In this document: one piece after another, positions 56,149 to 64,000 of the stretch | Layout of the letters: each line of letters starts with the position of its first letter | Numbering within the stretch: the stretch's first letter is position 1 | Origin: an uncultured Candidatus Poseidoniales archaeon | Lineage (GTDB): Archaea > Thermoplasmatota > Poseidoniia > Poseidoniales > Poseidoniaceae | Direction: 5' to 3' | DNA length: 64,000 bases | Assembly: GCA_964015875.1 (NCBI GenBank) | Contig: CAXHEV010000002.1 | Coordinates: forward strand, 141,307-205,306 | Notes under the pieces: model-generated | What the model was told of the DNA's origin: nothing | What the model saw: only the letters and a program-made list of their open reading frames with translations | Database searches by the model: none | Translations under genes and position numbers: made by a program

Positions 56149-56892
56149 TCACTTTTTCACCATCGCCACAAGGGTGCCACCAAAGAGAGGCATGAAACCA
56201 ATGTGATGTGTTTCATTGCACGATTGAATTAACTCAATCCATGCATTGAATCCCTCGACTAAAGCCATTCCATCTTCATCCTCTTCCTCAACATCACCAA
56301 CGGGCATATCCGGTTCGAGCGTGAACAGAACCCCACCGTTGGCCAAGAATGGGAGCATCAACTCGACATTCTTTGCCCGTAATGGAGAAATTCCGTCAAC
56401 AATGATGGCATCAGCCTCTGGTTGAATCGGCGCATTTCCCACCTCTAAACCGGTCGATGAAGCCGCCTTCCAAGCGAGTGTTTCACCAACAAGAGCATCG
56501 AGAACGCCGACGACAATCTTGGTGTATGATTCTGCTTCATAACGGGTCATAAGTCGATGAAGAATGACAGCAAACTTAGCACCGTTTTCTATAATGTCAT
56601 ACCGCTCTGGAGTGAATCCATCAACAGTGAATAAGTCGTAAATCCATGCTGAACGGTGACCGATTCCGCCGCCAACTTCAATCAATCGGTTTGGCTTGAG
56701 CCGACCAAGTGCATCCCTAAGTCTTCGCTGAATAGAGATCGGCCATGTGGACAGTCCCATGTGTTGGAGTTGTGAACCAATATTGGCAGCAATTTCAGGT
56801 TCGTCTTTGCTTCGCTCTGCGTCAGCACTAAGCAATTGAGCAAGTGCTTCTGTCTTGTCGACCTTCACACCCACTTCGCCGCCACTGGACAT
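56149..56892 (-). CDS. SAM-dependent (O-)methyltransferase, class I
   Basis: 247 aa. The motif-I-like block is LIEVGGGIGHRSAWI, followed by an acidic loop DIIENG and DAIIVDG, in a Rossmann-like pattern. Subfamily not assignable. Confidence 0.7.
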   Translation of the reverse strand: MSSGGEVGVKVDKTEALAQLLSADAERSKDEPEIAANIGSQLQHMGLSTWPISIQRRLRDALGRLKPNRLIEVGGGIGHRSAWIYDLFTVDGFTPERYDIIENGAKFAVILHRLMTRYEAESYTKIVVGVLDALVGETLAWKAASSTGLEVGNAPIQPEADAIIVDGISPLRAKNVELMLPFLANGGVLFTLEPDMPVGDVEEEDEDGMALVEGFNAWIELIQSCNETHHIGFMPLFGGTLVAMVKK

Positions 56893-56995
56893 GAATTGGC
56901 CTCATGAGGCACCCCCTTGAAGCCTCGCATTCGCACATATCATTGGCCGGTGACTTCAAACGAGAGGGATTCCGCGCTCTGCATGGGGAGTCACA

Positions 56996-57772
56996 GTGGA
57001 GGAAACCGAACCTATGGATGATTTTTTTGAGGAGGAGGAGGTCTTTCTCGAAAACGCCGTCCATTGCCCAATGTGTGATGAACTAACAGGCCATGAAATT
57101 CTCAAAGAGAAAGCAAAAGGGACCGGAAGGGATTATCTCCTGAAATGTATTGATTGCAGCAAGGTTCACACAATCCATCTGCGCCCACCACCCGTTGTTG
57201 AGATTCCTTTCATTTTGACCGAAGGACCGACCTCGAGCACCTCAGTTATTGAAATCGATGCGGATGAAATAATCGAACTTGAAGATGTCTTCAAAGAAGG
57301 AGAAAAGCTCTGGAGGATTAACCAGATCGAACTTAAAACTGGTAAATTTGCCAAGCGTGCGGAAGCCAGCCTCATTGTACGTGCATCAGCACTACGCTCT
57401 GACATGGTCAGGGTGAAGCTCACAATGACGCGAGGAGAAGACTCTGAAGCAGATGTCTTGGTTGTCCCTGAAGAGACGAAATACACGGCGGGTCACCTTA
57501 TCGATATCGAAGGAAAGACGTGGAGAATCCGTGCTATTCACACCGGAAGAGGAAGGACACTGCGTGGAACTGTTGATGCACCTGACATCAAGCGGATGTA
57601 TTTGCATGAGCCTCCAAATCCAGAACACTTTGCACCAAGGACACCAAGGGAGCGTCGACAGGCTTGGAAGGAAGGACGCCTCGGATACAATCCCAATCCT
57701 GTGCTTCCAAAAGAAATTATCAAGAAAGGTGTCAAACCTAACAATCGAAGGAAAAAACAACCTCGGCGATGA
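56996..57772 (+). CDS. Zinc-ribbon protein with a beta-rich body and a basic C-terminal tail (conserved archaeal Zn-finger type)
   Basis: CPMC-x24-CIDC near the N-terminus, and a C-terminal KKGVKPNNRRKKQPRR. The start is GTG 56996 or ATG 57014. Confidence 0.6.
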   Translation: MEETEPMDDFFEEEEVFLENAVHCPMCDELTGHEILKEKAKGTGRDYLLKCIDCSKVHTIHLRPPPVVEIPFILTEGPTSSTSVIEIDADEIIELEDVFKEGEKLWRINQIELKTGKFAKRAEASLIVRASALRSDMVRVKLTMTRGEDSEADVLVVPEETKYTAGHLIDIEGKTWRIRAIHTGRGRTLRGTVDAPDIKRMYLHEPPNPEHFAPRTPRERRQAWKEGRLGYNPNPVLPKEIIKKGVKPNNRRKKQPRR

Positions 57773-58825
57773 TTACGGCCTGTTGGTCCAAGGCATCAAG
57801 AAGGCTTTTGCGACTTGAGCTCCAACGGTAGGGTTTTCTTTCAACCTGCGAATGCTGTATTCATACCACTTTTCTCCGTACGGGATGTAGACGCGAGTTC
57901 GATGCCCGGCGGCTGCCAACTTACGTCGCAAGGGCCCCCTCACACCGAGCAGCATTTGAAATTCATACCCAGGGCCCTTGAACTCTCTTTTTGGGCCTGC
58001 ATTTTCACGCGGGTCTTCAATTCCAGGTCCCATTCCGTATGCAGCCAGTGCAGATTTTGCATGCTCAATCACAGGAAGATCATGACTCGCAATGGAGCAA
58101 TATGCTCCTGCTTCCAACATGCGATCAATTGAGGCATTGGTTGCATCCACAATGTCTTGGTACTTCGTGTAGGATATTTCTTCAGGTTCGAGATAGATCC
58201 CCTTACAGATCCTGTAATCTGCAGCAGGCCCAAGTTCTGTCTCGAGATGATGGATGTCGTCAAGTGTTCGAAACAACCGACCTTGGAGAACTGTCCCTAC
58301 ATTGGTTAATCCCCTGCTATGGAGGTCGAGAACAACTTGTATGGTGTCGGTGGTCACGCGGTGGTCTTCCATATCTAGGCGAACAAACATGTCGTTTTCA
58401 TCTGCCATCTTGACGAGTTTTTCGATGTTCTCCATTCCTTTCTCTTTATCAATAAGTAGACCAAAGGCTGTTGGTTTGATCGATAAATTCGCATCAAGGC
58501 CCGAAGTGCGAATCGCTTCGAGGACTCGAACATATTCATCAAGAAAGAATTGTGCTTCATCCATTGTTGAAATCTCTTCACCGAGGACATCAACAGTAAA
58601 ACAAGCGCCTTCCTTACTGAGGCGTTTCATGATTCGCACCGCATCATCAACGGTTGAGCCAGCGACATAGCGACGAGAAACCCAACCTACGAACCATTTC
58701 GGCATCCGGACAGTGGCGGCGACCACGGTTCGAGAAAACAGACCGACCATGAGTTCACCTATACCTCTGTCAGTGTAGGAGATTCTTGAGGCTTGTTGCT
58801 GTGAGGCTTGAAACAAACAGTTCAT
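57773..58825 (-). CDS. Proline dehydrogenase
   Basis: FTVDVLGEE, VRLDMEDH, TVLQGRL, RICKGIYLEPE, SIASHD, EFQMLLGVR and RVYIPYGEKWYEYSIRRLKENP. The ATG overlaps the upstream dtdA stop (ATGA). Confidence 0.85.
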   Translation of the reverse strand: MNCLFQASQQQASRISYTDRGIGELMVGLFSRTVVAATVRMPKWFVGWVSRRYVAGSTVDDAVRIMKRLSKEGACFTVDVLGEEISTMDEAQFFLDEYVRVLEAIRTSGLDANLSIKPTAFGLLIDKEKGMENIEKLVKMADENDMFVRLDMEDHRVTTDTIQVVLDLHSRGLTNVGTVLQGRLFRTLDDIHHLETELGPAADYRICKGIYLEPEEISYTKYQDIVDATNASIDRMLEAGAYCSIASHDLPVIEHAKSALAAYGMGPGIEDPRENAGPKREFKGPGYEFQMLLGVRGPLRRKLAAAGHRTRVYIPYGEKWYEYSIRRLKENPTVGAQVAKAFLMPWTNRP

Positions 58826-59784
58826 TCAATCAAGTCAAGAACGCCTTGACGTTTCAGGAGGGGGGCACCCAAAGCCTCCAAATGAGCTCGTATGGCTTGC
58901 CTTTGCCAGCCCTTGAATGCTTTCTTATCCATCGAGAATACAATATTTCCACCTGGAAAGGCTTTCTTTGTGGAGGTAAAGGCTGCATCGATTGATTGTC
59001 GCCAAAGACCTTCGGCGATTTCTCCCGTTTCCGGAGGTTCCCCAAACGGTAAGGCATAGGTTGCCAGCATGTGCCCCAACCAAATCCCCTCTGTTGAGGC
59101 GGTCATGTTCCCTCGTGGTGCATAGTGGCCACCACCAAGAGTAATCAAAACAGGTTCTCCTTGATTCGTGGATTCATCCCAGGAACCAATCCCAGTGCTG
59201 CCGTCGAGACCAAGCCCTTGATGAATCAATGTCCCAAGAAGTTTGGCGGCTCCTTCATGACCCCATGTATCAGAAGTTGAACCAACTTCAATGAATAAAC
59301 AAGGGACATCGAGCCAAGGGCCATGGTGAGTCACTTCCAATGAAACATCAAAGTGTTCACCCAAATCCGCACCCTCAGCTCGTTCAAGCAAGGAACGCCA
59401 CCAAGCGGCTAAGCGTGGTGAAGGAGGGGGGGCGTCTCCGGCTTTGCCACCATACGGGGGCACACTTTGTGGATCCAATTGCATCACACCAATGGGATGG
59501 AGAGTCAAGCATGCACGGCCGCTTTCAGCCACGTGCCTTGAGGGAAAGATGACCTCAGTAACAACCTCGCCGGTGACCGACTCCCATCGATGATTGATGT
59601 TGTCTTCGCGAAGTACACCATTCGGGAAAACCCACATTCGAATGTTTCCACACTCATATGATGGTTGGCCTTCAACGTCCGAACGTTGGGTCCAAGGGCC
59701 AAGGTTGCGCACAACATCGGCCTGGTTTGTTGAAGCAACATCGCTCCCGCTCACCGCAATGAGAACCACACTGAGCGCTTCCAT
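58822..59784 (-). CDS. dtdA: D-aminoacyl-tRNA deacylase, archaeal DTD2 type
   Basis: VVLIAVSGSDVAS, SLEVTHHGPWLDVPCLFIEVGST and ITLGGGHYAPRGN match the DTD2 signature blocks (..D.AS.., E(A/V)THHGP, F(I/V)E(I/V)GS, GGGHYAP). The start is taken at MEALSVV; the open frame extends to 59862. Confidence 0.8.
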   Translation of the reverse strand: MEALSVVLIAVSGSDVASTNQADVVRNLGPWTQRSDVEGQPSYECGNIRMWVFPNGVLREDNINHRWESVTGEVVTEVIFPSRHVAESGRACLTLHPIGVMQLDPQSVPPYGGKAGDAPPPSPRLAAWWRSLLERAEGADLGEHFDVSLEVTHHGPWLDVPCLFIEVGSTSDTWGHEGAAKLLGTLIHQGLGLDGSTGIGSWDESTNQGEPVLITLGGGHYAPRGNMTASTEGIWLGHMLATYALPFGEPPETGEIAEGLWRQSIDAAFTSTKKAFPGGNIVFSMDKKAFKGWQRQAIRAHLEALGAPLLKRQGVLDLIE

Positions 59785-59860
59785 GGCCTTACCATACTTG
59801 GGCTCTCTTTTCATTGTGTTGCGTGGTAGCATTGACAAACCTTGCCGCTGAGCACACACC

Positions 59861-60805
59861 ATGACGGGTGGACTCCCTCCAGTGATCCCGTTCCACGCTC
59901 AATCTATTGTTCCACACTCAGAAGGCTATCTTGCCGTAGGGATTGATGGGGAGTTTCAACAACTGGACGGCCACCTTGCTCCAACAGATGAGGTGCGAAA
60001 GCCATTCCCAATGGGCGTACGGCACACATGCATGACCAATGATGTCATGGTGGCAACTTGGATTGATCACGAATTGCTGATGGCAAGAATGGCAGCATAT
60101 GATTGTAGTCAACCTGTCAAGGACGGACCAGAGCGTGGTGATTTGCGCACGCGCAGAAACATAGACGCCGCACTTCACCCCGTCGGATCACTTTGGTCAC
60201 ATGTGCTTGACGCCGAACCCCTTGCCTTGTGTGGGCATGAAAATGGGTTTGCATTTGTCCTCTACAACAAAGGAATCTATGCAATGGGCAAAGATGCTGG
60301 TGAGCATTGGCGTGTTGAATTACCAACGTGGGCGGAACTAAAAAAACTACCACGAGCAAACGACATCGTCTCAATCACTCACCGGAAAGGGCAGTTGAAA
60401 GTGTGGTCACGAGGAGGTGGCACACAATCCTATGATTATTCGTCGGGTGATTTGATTGCCACGAATGTGTTTCAGTATGATGGCGTTCTGCAGCAAGTCT
60501 ACGCCGATGGTTCACATGAACTGCTCGTTTACGATGATGGTTCCATTGTTTGGCTTGACGATGGCACAACAATCGTTGAAGGAAAATTAGGAGGACCCGT
60601 ACAACATGCATTCTGGAATGTCGGTGAAAATGCATGGCGAGTAGCTGGATGGAGAGAAGAATTGCTTCTTTCTACTCGAGGAGTAGAACGAATTTCAATG
60701 GAAGAAATTCCTGTTCACATTATGTGGAAAGAGCAACGTGCAATTCTCCTGCTCAATAACGGAAAGTGGATTGAATCTGCATTTGATCCCCTTACAAGCG
60801 AATAG
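59861..60805 (+). CDS. Hypothetical beta-rich protein
   Basis: 314 aa, divergent from dtdA. It has repeated hydrophobic-Gly/Asp beta-strand-like segments (LLVYDDGSIVWLDDGTTIV, AILLLNNGKWI). No family recognised. Confidence 0.55.
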   Translation: MTGGLPPVIPFHAQSIVPHSEGYLAVGIDGEFQQLDGHLAPTDEVRKPFPMGVRHTCMTNDVMVATWIDHELLMARMAAYDCSQPVKDGPERGDLRTRRNIDAALHPVGSLWSHVLDAEPLALCGHENGFAFVLYNKGIYAMGKDAGEHWRVELPTWAELKKLPRANDIVSITHRKGQLKVWSRGGGTQSYDYSSGDLIATNVFQYDGVLQQVYADGSHELLVYDDGSIVWLDDGTTIVEGKLGGPVQHAFWNVGENAWRVAGWREELLLSTRGVERISMEEIPVHIMWKEQRAILLLNNGKWIESAFDPLTSE

Positions 60806-60828
60806 TGCGGGCGCCGCCCAACAGAAAC

Positions 60829-61011
60829 TCACTCGTTTTTTACAGTGTATCCACATCGACCACAAGACTTGCGATCTTTGTGAATGGCCAGGAATATTCC
60901 AGGGCCGCATGTAGGATCCGGGCAGAACTCCGCATTTCGTGTCAAAGTTCCGTCTTCGTTGACGGTGTACTTGGACCACTTTGCGCCGGGTTTTGGACCG
61001 TCGCCCATCAC
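60829..61011 (-). CDS. rps27ae: 30S ribosomal protein S27ae (eS31)
   Basis: 60 aa. [27 protein letters not shown] is the eS31 zinc-ribbon signature. It overlaps the rps24e stop by 4 nt. Confidence 0.9.
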   Translation of the reverse strand: MMGDGPKPGAKWSKYTVNEDGTLTRNAEFCPDPTCGPGIFLAIHKDRKSCGRCGYTVKNE

Positions 61012-61364
61012 TCGTCACCTCCTTCAGAGGATTCTTCAGTTGCTTCTTCTGCGACTTCTTCTGTTGAAGCTTTTGAACTCCAGAATTGTTCATGTCGCTT
61101 GTGAATGTATTCTGGTTCAACATTCATTGAAGATTCGTCGTTGTAGATGAAGGCCATGCCTGTGGTCAAAGGTTGTCCAAATCTTGTGTTGCAGTCTTTG
61201 ACGACAATACAATCAGGGTTGGACCCCGGTTCTAGGGTGCGAACCAAGTCCATGACTTCTTTTCGGGATGGTGTAGCCATACCAAGGTGTTGCCAGCGGA
61301 AACTGATCTCCACACGGTTGAGTAGTTTGTTTTCGATTCTGTTTACGATTTGCATACTGTTCAT
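61008..61364 (-). CDS. rps24e: 30S ribosomal protein S24e (eS24)
   Basis: [17 protein letters not shown]...[12 protein letters not shown]...[26 protein letters not shown]...EPEYIHKRH, followed by an acidic C-terminal tail. Confidence 0.9.
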   Translation of the reverse strand: MNSMQIVNRIENKLLNRVEISFRWQHLGMATPSRKEVMDLVRTLEPGSNPDCIVVKDCNTRFGQPLTTGMAFIYNDESSMNVEPEYIHKRHEQFWSSKASTEEVAEEATEESSEGGDE

Positions 61365-61368
61365 CTCC

Positions 61369-61572
61369 TTATCGGTTGCTTACTTTGAGTGCGTATTTTC
61401 CGGGTAGTTCAACACCAAGTCGCTTTGCAATTTCTGAGCGAGCAGGGTTCATGATAATCACATAGCCTTGGTGATCTGTGGAAACTTGTGCTGATGGGTT
61501 GCGGGGGCATTGGTCAACACCGTCCTCGAGAACAAGGTGGCATTCTGCGCATGCAAAAGGAATCTTAGCCAT
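61369..61572 (-). CDS. spt4: Transcription elongation factor Spt4 (RpoE'')
   Basis: 67 aa. ACAEC...QCP...GYVIIMNPARSEIAKRLGVELPGKYALKV matches archaeal Spt4 and holds the conserved position after rpo7. Confidence 0.85.
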   Translation of the reverse strand: MAKIPFACAECHLVLEDGVDQCPRNPSAQVSTDHQGYVIIMNPARSEIAKRLGVELPGKYALKVSNR

Positions 61573-61583
61573 ACATAATCACC

Positions 61584-62135
61584 TCATTCATTATCCTCGT
61601 CGAGCCATTCGTGGCAGCCAAGTCCTGGCTGCTTGCTAGTGAGACCAATCTTTGAGCGTCGAGGGTCAGATGTGTCAGGAGAGAGCGAAACAATTCGAGC
61701 TCGAACTGAGTTTCCGACACCAATGCGTCGACCGGTTTGGCGTCCTTCAATCCAGCCCATGCCAACGTTGGCATCGACCATGTCTTCCATGATTTGTGAC
61801 TTGTGGAGAAGTGCTTCCATTGGACCAATTCGTACAAACGCCCCGAATTCGTTGACTTCGGAAACTGCGCCCTCAACCACTTCATAGTCTTCCATGCAGA
61901 AGAGAACGGCGTCAAAACGAACACGCTGGTAGATGGCGCCGTCACCGTGAATGATTCTTCCACGACCGAGAGGTTCGTGGTTTGTCGTAAGCAGGATAAA
62001 TCGGTTTTCTTCATCGAAACGACCTTCAAAGGCTGTCATCGAAAGACGGTCGATGTGATCGTTGAGGGATGCCCCTTTACGCATATACTCTGCAGGAATG
62101 CGGATTGTGTCTTCCCTTGATACAATTTTGTACAT
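61584..62135 (-). CDS. rpoE: DNA-directed RNA polymerase subunit E' (Rpo7)
   Basis: MYKIVSREDTIRIPAEYM... forms the N-terminal Rpb7-like domain, followed by an S1 domain (EGAVSEVNEFGAFVRIGPMEALLHKSQI). GAGGTGA lies 5 nt upstream of the ATG. Confidence 0.9.
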   Translation of the reverse strand: MYKIVSREDTIRIPAEYMRKGASLNDHIDRLSMTAFEGRFDEENRFILLTTNHEPLGRGRIIHGDGAIYQRVRFDAVLFCMEDYEVVEGAVSEVNEFGAFVRIGPMEALLHKSQIMEDMVDANVGMGWIEGRQTGRRIGVGNSVRARIVSLSPDTSDPRRSKIGLTSKQPGLGCHEWLDEDNE

Positions 62136-62416
62136 TTTTTCACCTCTGCGGAGGACCGCTCAGAGATGCGATGTGAAGAGGAGTGGGGAACCCATTCCGT
62201 CCTTCACCGGCACTCGCCTCTGGAGAGAAGTCGACCGTAGTCATTCTCGCCACCGACGGCCTCTATTTAATCCACACGCCTCTTTCTAAGGAAGTCACGG
62301 TGTCAAAAACCCATTTCATCACCTTGTTTTGGTTGTGATTTGGGGGTCTGATAATCATCAATTTTGGAGGCATACCGCCATAACCCATAACAACCCCCGG
62401 AACCTGCTGTATATTC

Positions 62417-64000
62417 ATGACCGGCAAAATGCAGGACAGCGGGCGAAAATTCGCTCCAGCACTGCTCCCGGTTTTGATGTTCATTCTAGCATCGTTTTCA
62501 CCCATGCTGATAGGGGCCCAAAATGGGAATATCGAATTAGAAGAACCATCCCCGGTCATGCCAACAAATTCTGGGGAACCATGGACTGGACTCGATCAAC
62601 CGTGGGGACAATTTGCACGGACTCCAACACACAACGCCACCATGCCCGCACATGGTCCGAATGGCGGACCTGGCACTGGTTCGGTCGAGAATCTCAGCGT
62701 CCTTGGAACCATTGAGAAGCCAGGCGTGAACTGGGAGGCCTTGGACGATGGCAGTGACCTCTATGGGTCGATTATTGCCGACTTTTCAAACAGCATCACT
62801 GCGACTGAAGCTGCTATTGAACGATGTGCAGAGGGAGATCTATTTGCTGTCCTTGTGCACGGAGATGCATCAAGCACATACCTGAGCCTGGCGGCGGGAG
62901 ATGACGCAAAAATTGCATGGGAAGTCGACATTGGCCAAACTCGTGATGTTCGATCAACTCCTATTGTGGTGGATGTGGACCAAGACGGGAAGCCTGAGAT
63001 TCTCCTCGTGTACGATACCGATAACGCGTTGAATATTGAATTGTGGTCTCCAGAGTTGGAATGTAGTGAATCCGGATGGCAAAAATCAGGACATGAAAAT
63101 GAGCAGGTTTGGAGTTATACCGATGTCGACTACAAGATTGGAATCCAAAGCCCACACACGCCCACTTCTCAAAGCAACCACCGCTCTGTGACTCAACCTC
63201 TGGTCGCTGACCTTGCTTTGGATGGTTTGCCTGAATTGGTTTTAGCGGTGGTCGATGAATCAACCAACGATCCCACTGTACTCTCATTTGATTTGACGAC
63301 AAGTGTTCCAACCGAAGCGGAGTGGGAAGTAACACTCGACAGAGGGACGCACCCCTCCTCTCCAGCCTGGGCTGCTCTAGATTCAACCACTACCGCAATT
63401 GTCCTGACAACAATCGATTCGAATGGAGGCTCTATGTGGATTTGGCGAATCGATGGGGCTTCCGGTTCTTTGGATTGGGAACGGGTCGCAATCCAAGGTA
63501 CTGATTCGGATTCTGATGCGCCACGTCTGAGGCTTCCCGGCCCAGTCATAGCTCAACTCGACAACGACGATGCACCAGAAATGATCCTGACAGTCCCAAC
63601 TGATGCCAATGGGCGAACATCTGGCCTTGGCGCAAGATACATTGGGATGGAAATGACATCAACTACCGAGATCTTCAATTTCCGAGCCCCAAATGGTTAC
63701 GCTGATGCAGAACCATTGGTCGTTGACACCACTGGAGATGGACTCCATGATCGCTTGTGCTGGGTTACTTGGTACTCTGAATCACAGTTTTCATTCAATC
63801 GCCAAGGTTTGGCTGGATGCCATGACATCAGTGATGATACACCACTCAAGGAATGGTCAAGAGATTTGCAACGAGGCGCAGGAAACGACAACGATGAGAT
63901 TGCAGTCGCCTCCCCTATGTGGTTGGACATCGATGGCAATGGAGCACCAGAGGTGGTTGTTCCATTCGGCATGAGGCTCTATGGATTTGACGGTGACACT
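62417..64000 (+). CDS. Secreted FG-GAP/VCBS-type repeat protein, N-terminal 528 codons (runs off the right edge)
   Basis: Absent from the ORF track because it has no stop in the window. I translated it codon by codon from ATG 62417 to 64000 and found no stop; the in-frame TAA at 62381 closes the frame upstream. It has a signal-like FAPALLPVLMFILASFSPMLIGA and repeated propeller-blade motifs (VVDVDQDGKPEILLV, ADLALDGLPELVLAV, AQLDNDDAPEMILTV, VVDTTGDGLHDRL, WLDIDGNGAPEVVVP). Confidence 0.75.
   Translation, partial: MTGKMQDSGRKFAPALLPVLMFILASFSPMLIGAQNGNIELEEPSPVMPTNSGEPWTGLDQPWGQFARTPTHNATMPAHGPNGGPGTGSVENLSVLGTIEKPGVNWEALDDGSDLYGSIIADFSNSITATEAAIERCAEGDLFAVLVHGDASSTYLSLAAGDDAKIAWEVDIGQTRDVRSTPIVVDVDQDGKPEILLVYDTDNALNIELWSPELECSESGWQKSGHENEQVWSYTDVDYKIGIQSPHTPTSQSNHRSVTQPLVADLALDGLPELVLAVVDESTNDPTVLSFDLTTSVPTEAEWEVTLDRGTHPSSPAWAALDSTTTAIVLTTIDSNGGSMWIWRIDGASGSLDWERVAIQGTDSDSDAPRLRLPGPVIAQLDNDDAPEMILTVPTDANGRTSGLGARYIGMEMTSTTEIFNFRAPNGYADAEPLVVDTTGDGLHDRLCWVTWYSESQFSFNRQGLAGCHDISDDTPLKEWSRDLQRGAGNDNDEIAVASPMWLDIDGNGAPEVVVPFGMRLYGFDGDT

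Noticed and set aside
1-64000. Search for mobile elements, integrases, transposases, CRISPR arrays, toxin-antitoxin pairs, restriction-modification or other defence islands, rRNA genes and inteins
   Set aside because: None of the ORFs shows transposase, integrase, Cas or nuclease hallmark motifs. No repeat-spacer arrays were seen. RtcB, PolB, TopA and the aaRS genes have normal lengths without intein-like insertions. The only mobility-like signal is the 28-bp archease-end duplication, reported as a finding.

Overview
This is a very gene-dense stretch of an archaeal chromosome. Most intergenic gaps are under 120 nt, and many convergent genes end within 0-8 nt of each other.

The information-processing genes are clearly archaeal:
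- the conserved rpo7(rpoE')-spt4-rps24e-rps27ae operon
- archaeal-type AlaRS and ValRS
- RtcB and, unlinked, archease
- a DTD2-type deacylase and a geranylgeranyl reductase
- a type IA topoisomerase
- a 7S SRP RNA and two tRNAs (Thr-GGU, Ser-GGA)

The metabolic and surface genes point to a heterotrophic, protein- and glycan-degrading planktonic archaeon:
- two S8 subtilases, a Xaa-Pro aminopeptidase and a proline dehydrogenase
- SHMT, an aminotransferase and class-2 DHODH
- a futalosine-type radical SAM enzyme and an RND exporter
- giant calcium-binding thrombospondin-type-3 (TSP3) repeat surface proteins, one carrying a PNGase F-like domain
- an FG-GAP repeat protein

A Marine Group II/III-like member of Thermoplasmatota is my guess for the lineage. 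That is inference only.

I found no CRISPR array, transposase, integrase or rRNA.

The most interesting locus is 36.3-41.0 kb. It holds an intact Y-family polymerase (DinB), a divergently transcribed RecA-fold protein with a degenerate P-loop, and a convergent family-B polymerase. That polymerase has substituted 3'-5' exonuclease motifs and an altered motif C, and an overlapping 98-aa ORF precedes it. I propose this as a candidate damage-tolerance module, conceptually like bacterial ImuA-ImuB-DnaE2.

Other points worth a second look:
- an archaeal PNGase F-like/TSP3 lipoprotein
- an orphan CXXXY-type CcmE
- a SAP-domain membrane protein
- a PfkB/HldE-like kinase homologue that lacks the GAGD catalytic motif, in an operon with a wHTH/TerB-like repeat protein and archease
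- a 28-bp relic copy of the archease 3' end that brackets a single-gene insertion next to the SRP RNA

All family calls come from reading motifs by eye and from remembered consensus sequences. None has been checked against a database.
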